Below, piece by piece: positions 47,179 through 56,671 of a stretch of DNA of 64,000 bases (the first letter of the stretch is position 1; each line of letters begins with the position of its first letter). Position numbers and translations under genes: made by a program. Below the pieces are notes generated by a model. The model searched no databases. It worked only from the letters and a program-made list of their open reading frames with translations, and had not been told where the DNA came from. The stretch comes from Thermoplasmatales archaeon (lineage in GTDB: Archaea; Thermoplasmatota; Thermoplasmata; Thermoplasmatales; Thermoplasmataceae): contig JACWAH010000001.1 of NCBI GenBank assembly GCA_014874365.1, forward strand, positions 2,314 through 66,313. Direction: 5' to 3'.

Positions 47179-49066
47179 TTTTCAACACCAATTTCTTTTC
47201 CTTATTTTTCAAAACTTCCTTGACCGCTTCAACCAACTCATCAACAGTGACATGTCTCCCATTGTATTTCAGGATCTTGTGGTCCATGTCAATTCCGGTG
47301 TTCATTCTTATAATCTGGGCTGCCTGAGCAAGCATGTTGCTCTCAATGATTATGTTGGTTGACGACGCCTTTAAGACCTCAGCAACAAACTCAGAAGGGA
47401 AAGGCATAAACATTCTCAGATATAGCAGGCGGCATTTGATGCCCTCCTTAGATAGTTCTTCAATCGCCTCAAGTGCCGGCCCTTTTTGGCTGCCCCAAGT
47501 CACAAGCGTGATCTTTGCATTTTTGTCCCCGTAGACGACTGCCCTCTCTTCGATAGGGATTTCAGCCGCGGCAACTTCAACTTTCCTGAATCTTTTATCC
47601 ATCTGGGCTTCTCTCATCACAGTATCTTCTGTCACATGGCCCAATTCGTCATGTTCATCTCCAGTGAGCCAGAAAGTCTGGTTACCAAAGGTTCCCATTT
47701 TCGATACTCCATTCTTGCTATCAAGTGCAAACCTCTTGTAGATGCCGTTGTCGCCAGGTTGTTCCCTTATGTATATTTTTTCTCTCTTAACATCGATTCC
47801 ATCGACGACTTCAGTCGTGTTGGCCAGGTTCTTATCTATAAGATGAATCACTGGAAGCTGATACTTTTGAGCATAATTCAGAGCTTTAACAGAGTCGTAA
47901 ATGCATTCGTTTACGTCTCCTGAAGAAATAACGATTCTCGGGAACTCTCCATGCCCGGTGTTAAGCGCGAATAGAAGGTCAGACTGCCCGTTTCTGGTAG
48001 GCAAGCCAGTGCTTGGTCCACCTCTCTGGTATAACGTTATAACCAGTGGAATTTCATCCATCCCCGCGAAGGAAATACCTTCTGCCATCAAGGAAAACCC
48101 CGGCCCGCTTGTTGCTGTTGCGCTTCTTGCACCAGTCATTGCGGCACCAGCAGCCATTACAACTGCAGAAATTTCGTCTTCAGTCTGTACGACTGCTACG
48201 CCACCGGAACCCAGAGTTTCAGCTTCCCCTTTAAGCCAGGTGATTGCCTCATGCTCTTCTAGAATGGAGCTTTCATCACTCGCAGGTGTTATAGGATAAT
48301 AAGTCTGGAATCTCAGACCTCCCATTAGTTTTCCAATTGCTGCTCCGTCATTTCCAGTTAGCAAGAATCTGGTCTTGCTTGCAGCCATTTCCAGTGTCTT
48401 TCCACAAAGTTTGTTCTCAGAAGCGTATTTGTAAGCTTCATCAATAACCTTGAGATTGGGGGAAATCACTTTTTCTTTGTTGCCGAATATATGCTTGATA
48501 GCTTCCTTGGTTGATTCAGCATCTATCCCTATTATGGATAACGTAATAGCAGCACCCAGAGTGTTGTAATATCTGTTGGGAACTCCATCATCTACAGCAT
48601 TTCTGACTATCTGCTCAAACGGAATCGGGAGGAGCAAACCGCCGTTGCTTTCCATATATGTAAGCATTCCCTTGACGTTATTGGTAAGCTTCTTTCCATC
48701 AAGCGTAGCTTTGATCCTGGCAGCGGTGTCTCTCATGATCATCCTCGCCTGGGAAAGATCTGAATTCTCAAACGAGGAATCATAAATGATCTTTGTTCCT
48801 TTGCCAATATCTTCAAAATGCTCGAATATGGTATCAGGGTCAAGCGCAACGAGAATATCAGGGGGATACTTGAGTCCCTGAACCTTCTCATTTCTAGCTC
48901 TGATATGCACATAGCTGTGCCTTCCCTTAATGTTAGAGTGAAATTCCCTCGTGGAAAAAATATCAAATCCAGAAAATGCGAAGGCTCTGCTCATCAAATT
49001 GGCGGAAGTATCAATCCCCCCTCCTTGGGGGCCACCAATGACTACGTTAATGTCCAGTTTGGTCAT
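47168..49066 (-). CDS. korA: 2-oxoacid:ferredoxin oxidoreductase alpha subunit (fused gamma-alpha, two-subunit archaeal type)
   Basis: 632 aa. The N-terminal gamma-like domain (VIGGPQGGGIDTSANL) is followed by an alpha domain (YPITPASD, TATSGPGFSLM). The architecture matches two-subunit OFORs of thermoacidophilic archaea. Confidence 0.9.
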   Translation of the reverse strand: MTKLDINVVIGGPQGGGIDTSANLMSRAFAFSGFDIFSTREFHSNIKGRHSYVHIRARNEKVQGLKYPPDILVALDPDTIFEHFEDIGKGTKIIYDSSFENSDLSQARMIMRDTAARIKATLDGKKLTNNVKGMLTYMESNGGLLLPIPFEQIVRNAVDDGVPNRYYNTLGAAITLSIIGIDAESTKEAIKHIFGNKEKVISPNLKVIDEAYKYASENKLCGKTLEMAASKTRFLLTGNDGAAIGKLMGGLRFQTYYPITPASDESSILEEHEAITWLKGEAETLGSGGVAVVQTEDEISAVVMAAGAAMTGARSATATSGPGFSLMAEGISFAGMDEIPLVITLYQRGGPSTGLPTRNGQSDLLFALNTGHGEFPRIVISSGDVNECIYDSVKALNYAQKYQLPVIHLIDKNLANTTEVVDGIDVKREKIYIREQPGDNGIYKRFALDSKNGVSKMGTFGNQTFWLTGDEHDELGHVTEDTVMREAQMDKRFRKVEVAAAEIPIEERAVVYGDKNAKITLVTWGSQKGPALEAIEELSKEGIKCRLLYLRMFMPFPSEFVAEVLKASSTNIIIESNMLAQAAQIIRMNTGIDMDHKILKYNGRHVTVDELVEAVKEVLKNKEKKLVLKNGA

Positions 49067-49381
49067 TGTAGGGAAGGGATTACTCGCGCTTTAAAATACT
49101 TTGAGTCTTAAAAAAATGCACAAAGAAAATCCAATATTTTATTCATTATTATTAGAGAATGTCTAACTCCGGTTTATTTTCATAGTTTGCTCTTTTCATA
49201 ATCGCCTGTTCACGCACATTGCAAGCAATTAAGTCCGTGAGGCAGCCAAAAGGTGTGGAGCAGGCAACTGCAGGTAAACTTTCAGCAAAAGTTATGGGGG
49301 TCTATTATTGATCTTGCAATTATGTCAATTAGTATGGAATGTCAGGTAAACTTAATTTATCATATTTGACTTAACTGATCG

Positions 49382-50542
49382 ATGAAGACTACAATCTCGC
49401 ACATTAAGGCGGACATAGGGAGCCTACCGGGTCATACTACAGTTTATGAACCTGTAGTGAAAGAAGTTGAAAAGTACGTTAAAGACCATTCAGAAGGGCT
49501 GCTGTCAGATTTCCACATATCAAGCGTCGGAGATGATCTTCAGATTACGATGATTCATGGACGTGGCATCGACTCTCCAGAAATACACGAGCTTGCATGG
49601 AATGCCTTTAAGGCTGGAACCGAAGTTGCAAAGAAATTTGGCCTTTACGGGGCAGGCCAGGATTTACTAAAGGATGCATTCTCCGGCAATATCAAGGGGA
49701 TGGGCCCTGGAATTGCGGAAATGGAAATCACCCCAAGGAAATCAGAGCCATTCATTATCTATATGATGGATAAAACAGAACCGGGGGCTTTCAATTTACC
49801 GATTTACAAGATGTTTGCAGACCCTTTTAACACACCAGGTCTGGTAATAGATCCCAATATGCATGAAGGGTTCAAGTTTGAGATATGGGATATAATGGAA
49901 GCCAAGAAGATAGAGCTTCCCGCCCCTGAGAATCTCTACGACATACTTGCAATGATAGGATCGAAAAGCAGGTATGTAATTAAGAGAGTTTACACCAAGG
50001 AAACACATGAAAAACTTCCGGATGAGAATGTTGCCGTAATAACGACAGACAAACTTTCGCTGATAGCGGGCGAATACGTGGGAAAGGACGATCCCGCTGC
50101 TGTTGTTCGGATACAATCTGGGCTACCTGCATCTGGAGAATCACTTGAGGCGTTTTCCCACCCTTTCCTTGTTTCTGGTTGGATGAGGGGTTCTTTCAAT
50201 GGCCCTCTTATGCCCGTTGGACTTAAGAACGCAAAGATGACCAGATTTGATGGACCACCAAGAGTGGTCGCCCTGGGCTTTGTCCTCAAAGATGGAAGGC
50301 TTTCAGGCCCGGTAGACATGTTTGATGATCCAGCTTTCGACGGGGCTAGAAGAACTGCAGTAGACGTTGTAGATTACCTTAGGAGAATGGGGCCATTTGA
50401 GCCGCACAGGCTTCCGGATTCCGAGATGGAATACACCACTCTTCCGAAGATCATGGAAGCGCTTGGCCATAAATTCCAGAAAATCGAAAACGCGACTGTA
50501 AAAGCGAAAAAGTTAACGGAATCTACAAAGGATTTCGATTAA
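49382..50542 (+). CDS. fbp: Fructose-1,6-bisphosphate aldolase/phosphatase (class V FBPase)
   Basis: 386 aa. MKTTISHIKADIGSLPGHT, MIHGRGIDSPEIHELAW, MMDKTEPGAFNLP and FDDPAFDG are hallmarks of the archaeal bifunctional enzyme. Confidence 0.95.
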   Translation: MKTTISHIKADIGSLPGHTTVYEPVVKEVEKYVKDHSEGLLSDFHISSVGDDLQITMIHGRGIDSPEIHELAWNAFKAGTEVAKKFGLYGAGQDLLKDAFSGNIKGMGPGIAEMEITPRKSEPFIIYMMDKTEPGAFNLPIYKMFADPFNTPGLVIDPNMHEGFKFEIWDIMEAKKIELPAPENLYDILAMIGSKSRYVIKRVYTKETHEKLPDENVAVITTDKLSLIAGEYVGKDDPAAVVRIQSGLPASGESLEAFSHPFLVSGWMRGSFNGPLMPVGLKNAKMTRFDGPPRVVALGFVLKDGRLSGPVDMFDDPAFDGARRTAVDVVDYLRRMGPFEPHRLPDSEMEYTTLPKIMEALGHKFQKIENATVKAKKLTESTKDFD

Positions 50543-50623
50543 GCATCGTATAAATAACCTGATATTCGCAATCTTTTAATTGAACCCAACAGGGGGGTTC
50601 AACTAATTATTAAGGTTCATCGG

Positions 50624-50802
50624 ACTTTCATGCGGGTTCCCATTAATTGGATAGCAGGGAACGCCAGTTTTCCGAGGGTTGCGGAAGTTACTACGGTATA
50701 TATGAAGAGGATATTCTCCGGGTGATCAATGGGTAATAATGGAAAAACCAATTTCCCTGCGGTCTATCATTTTTATTAACAAATACGAAAGTGTGAAGAG
50801 CC
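50624..50802. repeat. Copy B of the ~180-bp intergenic repeat element (partner at 46031-46222)
   Basis: aacgccagttttccgagggttgcggaagttactacggtatatatgaagaggatattctcc...ggaaaaaccaatttccctgcggtctatcatttttat...atacgaaagtgtgaagagcc. Same orientation as copy A. Confidence 0.85.
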
Positions 50803-50957
50803 ATTATTGATTTATTATTGCGTTGCAGTTGAGGCCTTCACAAGCGAGCGATGAAATTACAACAATGAAATAAGAGTCTTCAGTTTGATGTACAAAACAA
50901 AATTACAAAATATATATTATCCCGGTTTCCAGTATCAATACAGGGGCATGCTTCAGT

Positions 50958-51104
50958 ATGGTGATTGATGTTGTGTGCGGCATGAAAATGAAAGAGAGGC
51001 CATCTTTTTTTGATGAATTTGGAGGAGAAAAATATTATTTCTGCTCCGAGGAATGCAGGTCTGTTTTCCGAAAGAATCCCATTAAGTATTCCCGCGTCAC
51101 TTAA
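50958..51104 (+). CDS. YHS/TRASH-type small metal-binding domain protein
   Basis: 48 aa: MVIDVVCGMKMKERPSFFDEFGGEKYYFCSEECRSVFRKNPIKYSRVT. The pattern C-G-M ... Y-Y-F-C-S-x-x-C ... F is the YHS domain signature. It is below the ORF-track length cutoff. Confidence 0.6.
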   Translation: MVIDVVCGMKMKERPSFFDEFGGEKYYFCSEECRSVFRKNPIKYSRVT

Positions 51105-51215
51105 GCCAAGGCCCACCCACTCTTAAATTCGAAATATGTGTACTGTCTGTTCAATTGATTAAATACTACTTATAAATAATGGGGCAGGCATCCAAATTGG
51201 GAGGAATGAATTGAA

Positions 51216-51365
51216 TTGGCGTTTCCTGAAGCTGTTGAAAGAAGACTTAACAAAAAAATATGCATGAGATGCAACGCAAGAAATTCGGTTAAGGCAGAGC
51301 GTTGCAGGAAATGCGGATACACCGGACTTAGAATGAAGGCTAAAGAGAGGAGAGGCGGGCAGTAA
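51216..51365 (+). CDS. rpl40e: 50S ribosomal protein L40e
   Basis: A TTG start gives (M)[48 protein letters not shown], with a CxxC...CxxC zinc ribbon and the conserved FPEA start of archaeal L40e. GGAGG at 51200-51204 lies upstream. An in-frame TGA just upstream excludes a longer ORF. Confidence 0.85.
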   Translation: MAFPEAVERRLNKKICMRCNARNSVKAERCRKCGYTGLRMKAKERRGGQ

Positions 51366-51404
51366 ACGCATTCTGCTGACGGTATTTCAGTTGCCATCCT
51401 TAGA

Positions 51405-52142
51405 ATGGAGGGCACTAACTGTGACAGCGAGGCATACCGTGCATTTCGCCAGTCAAAGTTTATACCTGAGTTTGTACACATAAACGAACTGGACAGGGGG
51501 AAAAAAAGAATAGGCGATTATTCAGCAGTGTTTATTCCCGGCGGATTCTCTGGCGGAGATTACATCAGGGCTGGAGCTCTTTTTTCGGCGAGATTGAGAA
51601 AGCACATGCCTTCGATTATCAGGTTTGTTGATTCAGGCAGGCCAGTAATTGGAGTTTGCAACGGATTTCAAATCCTTGCGGATCTGGGTTTACTTCCAGA
51701 CATAAGTGGTAAACAGGAAAGGGAGGTTGCCCTGTCAGTGAATAAGTCGGGGAAGTTCGAATGCAGGGACACCTACCTTAGGGTAGAATCTGATCATAAA
51801 CTGATTGGTTCAAGGTACAAGAAAGGGGATGTTGCCCTGGCAACCGTTGCTCACAGTGAAGGCAGGCTCATTTTCAGGAATGAAGAAACCAATGCAGAAG
51901 CGGAAAAGCGCAATCTGGTGCTGTTCAGGTATTCAAACCAAACAGGGGAAACTGCCGGTTATCCCTGGAACCCTAATGGTTCCGCAGGTGATATTGCCGG
52001 ATTATCAAACGAATCTGGAAACGTAATTGGAATGATGCCTCATCCTGAAAGAAAATTGTTTGTAAGCCGGGATCATTCAGTAGGTAAAGTATTCGGCCAG
52101 GATTTCTTCAGCGCAATTCACGATTACGCAATAAAGCAGTAA
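51405..52142 (+). CDS. purQ: Phosphoribosylformylglycinamidine synthase glutaminase subunit PurQ
   Basis: GTNCDSE, FIPGGFSGGDY, GVCNGFQIL (catalytic Cys) and MMPHPER are present. The first ATG (51405) removes the conserved first beta-strand, and homology (ISVAILR) continues upstream to about 51384 with no canonical start (see findings). Confidence 0.88.
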   Translation: MEGTNCDSEAYRAFRQSKFIPEFVHINELDRGKKRIGDYSAVFIPGGFSGGDYIRAGALFSARLRKHMPSIIRFVDSGRPVIGVCNGFQILADLGLLPDISGKQEREVALSVNKSGKFECRDTYLRVESDHKLIGSRYKKGDVALATVAHSEGRLIFRNEETNAEAEKRNLVLFRYSNQTGETAGYPWNPNGSAGDIAGLSNESGNVIGMMPHPERKLFVSRDHSVGKVFGQDFFSAIHDYAIKQ

Positions 52143-52143
52143 G

Positions 52144-52704
52144 TTAGCAATTCTTGCCTAGAATTTCCCTAATTGCAGATCGAGACTCCAACCTGAATAA
52201 ATCAAGGGAAGAGTCATTTACCAGCATTTTGTCAGATAACACAATTGCCTTGCCAACTCCCCAGTCCAGCTCACGGTTATCCCTCCTAATGAGTTCTTCA
52301 AGGCTGTGGACGTCGTCATTCCTGTTCCTCTTTACTATTCTCTCCAGCCTGGTTTTTCTGTTTGCGAAGATGGCAAAAAGGTAAAATTGCTCCGTTTCCG
52401 CTTCTTTCATAAAATATTCCAGCTCTTCGTAGCTTCGCAGTCCATCAATCACGATTAACGGGGCATCTATGTCCATTAAAGTCCTTTTAGCCCATATGTC
52501 TTTGCCAAATTTTTCCCGTTCAGCTGTTGCAAATTTCCCTATATCTGCATCACTTATGGCAATATTTGACATCGCAGCATATTTTCTCACCGCATTACCC
52601 ATATGCAGATCCTTGAAGCCTTCTTCCACGCATACCTTGATAAACTCGTCCTTTCCAGACCCTGGCATGCCGGTGACTATAATCAGGCATGCTGGCTTAG
52701 CCAA
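52144..52704 (-). CDS. P-loop kinase-fold protein (archaeal UPF0200 / dephospho-CoA-kinase-like family)
   Basis: Start placed at TTG 52704, giving (M)AKPACLIIVTGMPGSGKDEF with Walker A. It overlaps the upstream stop by 8 nt. The 230-aa track ORF from 52836 would run antisense-free but would overlap the preceding gene by 140 nt. Confidence 0.72.
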   Translation of the reverse strand: MAKPACLIIVTGMPGSGKDEFIKVCVEEGFKDLHMGNAVRKYAAMSNIAISDADIGKFATAEREKFGKDIWAKRTLMDIDAPLIVIDGLRSYEELEYFMKEAETEQFYLFAIFANRKTRLERIVKRNRNDDVHSLEELIRRDNRELDWGVGKAIVLSDKMLVNDSSLDLFRLESRSAIREILGKNC

Positions 52705-52990
52705 AGAGAAACCCCATTCCCTGGTCTGCCTTGTCTTCCTCTTCCTTAATCTGCTGCATGATCTTGCTGGTTTTCTTGGCATCAAGAACTTTGGCTGATT
52801 TGCCAATAATCTTAGAGGCAGTCTGGACCGCTTCATCGCTGCCCTGGATTATGAACAGAAGTTCATCATCCTTCATTCCGTATTGAGAACCTTCCTTTGT
52901 AATAAGAGTCTGCCTTCCTACAATGTCGTCTGAAGTTGCAGTATCTATTATCCCTTTATCTGATTTTTTCAGAAGGAATATCTTTATCAT
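52697..52990 (-). CDS. Small conserved-looking protein of unknown function with ribosomal-stalk-like C-terminal tail
   Basis: 97 aa ending ...QQIKEEEDKADQGMGFLFG. It sits in an operon between the Cgi121-like and UPF0200-like genes. The N-terminal ~75 residues look like a small alpha/beta domain that I cannot assign. Confidence 0.6.
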   Translation of the reverse strand: MIKIFLLKKSDKGIIDTATSDDIVGRQTLITKEGSQYGMKDDELLFIIQGSDEAVQTASKIIGKSAKVLDAKKTSKIMQQIKEEEDKADQGMGFLFG

Positions 52991-53027
52991 GCAGATTCCG
53001 GAAATAACAATTCACTTAAATACAATT

Positions 53028-53453
53028 CTATTGAGATGCATAGAATTCACCCGAGCTGATCCTGAAGAATACCTCCTTGTCACGCTCATGGAGGTCTGAA
53101 GGAAGACAGAATTTATCCTTCTTTAATACTTTGCTCAGTTTAGAGGGTTTTCCATCTACGGAAACGCATAGTACATGCTTGGTTTTAGTAGTGATACCTA
53201 CTGCCTTGACCGCTTCGCTGATCTGGCGCTTACCGCTTAGTAACATCATAAGCAACGAGGCCTTTCTCTTGACTCGAATATCCTTTTCCATGAGTGTATT
53301 AGATTCCTCGACTGCAATTCTTACCTGCTTCTCGCTTATGAGTTTATCTGCATCCAGGAAAAAAATCTCATCTGGCCGCATTGAAACAAGTTCTATAATA
53401 GCATTTTCGGTAAGAAGACCATTAGGAGTAAAATACTCCAGATCACACTGCAT
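53028..53453 (-). CDS. cgi121: KEOPS complex subunit Cgi121-like
   Basis: 141 aa. The pattern [26 protein letters not shown] resembles the conserved Cgi121 helix (..E.L...SG..QI..AI...G.). The assignment is tentative. There is an 11-nt overlap with lonB. Confidence 0.5.
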   Translation of the reverse strand: MQCDLEYFTPNGLLTENAIIELVSMRPDEIFFLDADKLISEKQVRIAVEESNTLMEKDIRVKRKASLLMMLLSGKRQISEAVKAVGITTKTKHVLCVSVDGKPSKLSKVLKKDKFCLPSDLHERDKEVFFRISSGEFYASQ

Positions 53454-55416
53454 TTGGGTCTTTCTTTCTTACAGCAGCAGGTTTTCCAGTGGTGAACAAC
53501 TCGGATATTCCACCAAGAAATTTTTGTCTTTCCGGCGACTTATCCAGGGCTATCTCCAGGACGTCCTTTATGTTATTGACCGGTATGATTTCGATCCTGT
53601 TCTTGTGACTCTCGTCAAGAATGATATCTCCAAAGTTAGCCGCAGGCACAACGACCTTAGTCATACCTGACTCAATTGCTGCTTCAACTTTCGCTGTGAC
53701 CCCACCAATAGGGAGAACGTTTCCTCTGACCGTGAGAGAGCCAGTCATTGCTAGGGTCTGATCAATCGGTATATTCTCCAGGGCTGAGATTACCGCGGTC
53801 GCAATTGATATGCTTGCGGAATCCCCTTCCACACCCTCATAAGTACCTATAAACTGAATGTGCAAGTCCAGATCAGAAATATCCTTGCCAGTTATTTTCT
53901 TTATTACTGCTGAGACGTTTTGCACAGCTTCTTTTGCGATTTCTCCAAGTTTTCCAGTAGCAATCACAGTTCCCTGACCCTTGTGCTGTGCCTGTGTCAC
54001 CTCGGCGACGATAGGCATGACGACTCCTGAAAAGTCTGCCATTCCGGAATCTGACGATCCCATAACGGCGAGTCCATTTACTACGCCTACGCTCTTTCCT
54101 TCTGACCTGAAAGTCTTGTACAGCTTTTTTATCTCTATGCTTCTATCCGCAACCTGTTGTTCAAGGGGCTTGCTGATGTTTTTGGCTGCAATCACATGCT
54201 TGGAATCCACAATTGTTGCATTTTCAGTAACCGCTATGTCTCCAGCAACCCTGATCAGTCCACCCAGTTCCCTTAATCTGAGAGTTAACTTTCCCCTCCT
54301 TCCGGATCTCTTCTGGGCTTCCTTCACTATTTCTATTATTGCAGATGGATCGAAATGTGGTATTTTCTTGTCTTTAGCAATCTCCTGGGCAATAAACTGA
54401 ACAAGTTTCTTCCTGTTTTCGTCACTGTCATCCATGTTGCTCCGCACGTATACCTCATACCCGTAACCTCTTATCCTCGACCTGAGAGCAGGATGCATCC
54501 CCTGAACGGCGTCCAGATTCCCGGCAGCAACAAGAATGAAATCGCATGGTACGGGTTCCGTCTGAACCATGGCCCCGGCACTTCTTTCACTCTGCCCGGA
54601 TATTGAGAATTTCTTCTCCTGCATCGCAGTGAGCAGAGCCTGTTGACTCTCCGGTCTCAGCAGATTGATCTCGTCAATGAATAGCACTCCCTTATGTGCC
54701 TTATGAATGTTTCCAGCTTCGACCCTGTCATGAGCTGGAGTTTCCAATCCGCCAGACTGGAAAGGATCATGCTTAACATCCCCAAGCAACGCTCCAGAGT
54801 GTGCACCCGTGGAGTCCATAAATGGTGGCTTGTCAGTTGGTGTATGTCCGACAAGCAGCTTAGGTATCATAGCCTTTTCAGCCCTGGCAGCAGGGTTAAG
54901 TGCCATTGCCCAGTACAAAATCACTGCGGCAATTATTGAAAGGAACAGGAGGTCAAAGGCCTCACCATCGTTGCCCTGCGAAATGAATATCCCCGCAAGT
55001 ATAATTCCAAGAAGGAAAATTGAGAATATTATAACAATTATTCCTCTGGAACGGTCTCTTCGATCTCTCTCGGCTTTTACCTGGTACTGTTTTACTATCT
55101 CCTTTCCTCTTCCAGCCTGATACGTCTTTACCCTGGGCCTGTTTGAGTCTTCAGGGTTAGGGAAAACAACAATATCTTCAAGCTCTTCCTTTGGAAGGAA
55201 TTCGCTCATCGACTGGGCGAGCATGGACTTGCCGGTTCCAGGGTCTCCAATCAGCATAACGTGCCTTTTTTGTAACGCAGCTTTCTTTACAACATAACCG
55301 GCTTCTTCTTGTCCGATTACCTGATCGAACAATACTTTCGGAACCGGTATATCAGCAGTGCTCTTTATGTTAAGAGAATGTACCCACTGCTCAATATTTT
55401 CTTGCTCCTCAGTCAC
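53443..55416 (-). CDS. lonB: Archaeal membrane-bound Lon protease (LonB)
   Basis: 657 aa. [17 protein letters not shown] (Walker A), TM insertion [20 protein letters not shown] inside the AAA module, VLFIDEIN (Walker B), and a C-terminal Lon Ser-Lys protease domain ([16 protein letters not shown]). Confidence 0.93.
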   Translation of the reverse strand: MTEEQENIEQWVHSLNIKSTADIPVPKVLFDQVIGQEEAGYVVKKAALQKRHVMLIGDPGTGKSMLAQSMSEFLPKEELEDIVVFPNPEDSNRPRVKTYQAGRGKEIVKQYQVKAERDRRDRSRGIIVIIFSIFLLGIILAGIFISQGNDGEAFDLLFLSIIAAVILYWAMALNPAARAEKAMIPKLLVGHTPTDKPPFMDSTGAHSGALLGDVKHDPFQSGGLETPAHDRVEAGNIHKAHKGVLFIDEINLLRPESQQALLTAMQEKKFSISGQSERSAGAMVQTEPVPCDFILVAAGNLDAVQGMHPALRSRIRGYGYEVYVRSNMDDSDENRKKLVQFIAQEIAKDKKIPHFDPSAIIEIVKEAQKRSGRRGKLTLRLRELGGLIRVAGDIAVTENATIVDSKHVIAAKNISKPLEQQVADRSIEIKKLYKTFRSEGKSVGVVNGLAVMGSSDSGMADFSGVVMPIVAEVTQAQHKGQGTVIATGKLGEIAKEAVQNVSAVIKKITGKDISDLDLHIQFIGTYEGVEGDSASISIATAVISALENIPIDQTLAMTGSLTVRGNVLPIGGVTAKVEAAIESGMTKVVVPAANFGDIILDESHKNRIEIIPVNNIKDVLEIALDKSPERQKFLGGISELFTTGKPAAVRKKDPNAV

Positions 55417-55561
55417 GATTACTCAAATTCAATCTGACGATTAATAGTTTTGTATTAAAATGGTTGAAAAATTTTGTAAAATCCAGCTTCCAACAAAATC
55501 TTTGATTCCTGCCAGCCAGTAATCCTGCAAAAGTTTGTCTATTCAGGAGGAATTAAGCTCC

Positions 55562-56671
55562 ATGTCTTTTTCATTTGGCCGAAACATTGTCATTTCACTA
55601 TCCGGAGAGTCACATTCAAATTTTGTGGAAGGAAGAATAGAAGGATTGCCGTCAGGTCTTCCTATCTCCGAGAAAGTAATAGAGAAATGGCTGCTCAGGA
55701 GAAGACCAGGCATCAGCGAGTTTACCTCACAGAGGAAAGAGGAAGACGCTTTCACAATAAAAGGCGGAGTAATGGACGGACATACCAATGGCGGTCCTGT
55801 TGTTATTTCTATAGAAAACAAGGACGTCATATCATCGACATACGAAAAAACTCAATTCACTCCGAGGCCGGGCCATTCCGATTATCCTTCATGGATCAGA
55901 TATGGAAAATACAGGGATTACCGTGGGGGGGGATTTTTTTCAGGCAGGATGACCACGCCTCTGGTGGCAGTAGGGTCAATAGCAACCGATTTGCTTCAAA
56001 AGCTTGGGATAGAACTGACCTCATACATCGCCAGGATGGGGGAAATCGAATTCCAGACTCAAGAATGGTTTGACGAAGCAGAAGTTTACAGGTTCAAAAC
56101 AAGAATACCTGATGATAAGAAGAATGCAGAGGCAGAGAACATTCTAAGGCATCTAATGAAGAATGGCGACTCAGTTGGAGCCGAAATTGCGACCAGAATA
56201 AAGGGAATGCCTGCAGGAGTCGGAGAACCATTCTTTGATTCCGTTGAATCCATGCTTTCGCATCTCATATTCTCCATACCGGCAGTAAAAGGGATCGAAT
56301 TCGGGTCCGGTTTCAAATTCCCAGGGATGCTCGGTTCTCAGTCTACCGATGAATATTCTTTTCAAAACCAGCGGGTGGAAGTTCAAAACAATCACAATGG
56401 CGGAATACTCGGCGGGTTGACCACCGGAATGGAAATTGCATTTAACGTCGCGATAAAACCAACTTCTTCGATCAGGATTGAACAGGATACGGTGAACCTG
56501 AAAACCCTCAAAGCCGAAAAAATTACGGTCATGGGGAGGCATGATCCATGCATCGGAATAAGAGCAGTTCCGGTGGTACAATCTTGCGCTTCAATAGTCA
56601 TGCTTGATCTATTGCTGGAATATCACTCTAGAGATATTTTAGGCAAACTTAGAGAGAATGAAGAAAACTAA
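55562..56671 (+). CDS. aroC: Chorismate synthase
   Basis: MSFSFGRNIVISLSGESHS, RPGHSDY, GGGFFSGRMT and GGILGG are present. Start chosen at ATG 55562, preceded by AGGAGG (55546-55551). The track ORF starts at TTG 55535. Confidence 0.9.
   Translation: MSFSFGRNIVISLSGESHSNFVEGRIEGLPSGLPISEKVIEKWLLRRRPGISEFTSQRKEEDAFTIKGGVMDGHTNGGPVVISIENKDVISSTYEKTQFTPRPGHSDYPSWIRYGKYRDYRGGGFFSGRMTTPLVAVGSIATDLLQKLGIELTSYIARMGEIEFQTQEWFDEAEVYRFKTRIPDDKKNAEAENILRHLMKNGDSVGAEIATRIKGMPAGVGEPFFDSVESMLSHLIFSIPAVKGIEFGSGFKFPGMLGSQSTDEYSFQNQRVEVQNNHNGGILGGLTTGMEIAFNVAIKPTSSIRIEQDTVNLKTLKAEKITVMGRHDPCIGIRAVPVVQSCASIVMLDLLLEYHSRDILGKLRENEEN

Noticed and set aside
50880-51116. 78-aa minus-strand ORF from the track
   Set aside because: The opposite strand encodes a 48-aa protein with a clean YHS/TRASH motif (CGM...YYFCSEEC). 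The minus-strand ORF is most likely its shadow.
52705-52836. Long 230-aa version of the UPF0200-like kinase starting at ATG 52836
   Set aside because: The extra 44 residues are Arg/Lys/Pro-rich and overlap the preceding 97-aa gene by 140 nt. A TTG at 52704 gives a normal N-terminus right before the Walker A strand and a typical stop/start overlap.
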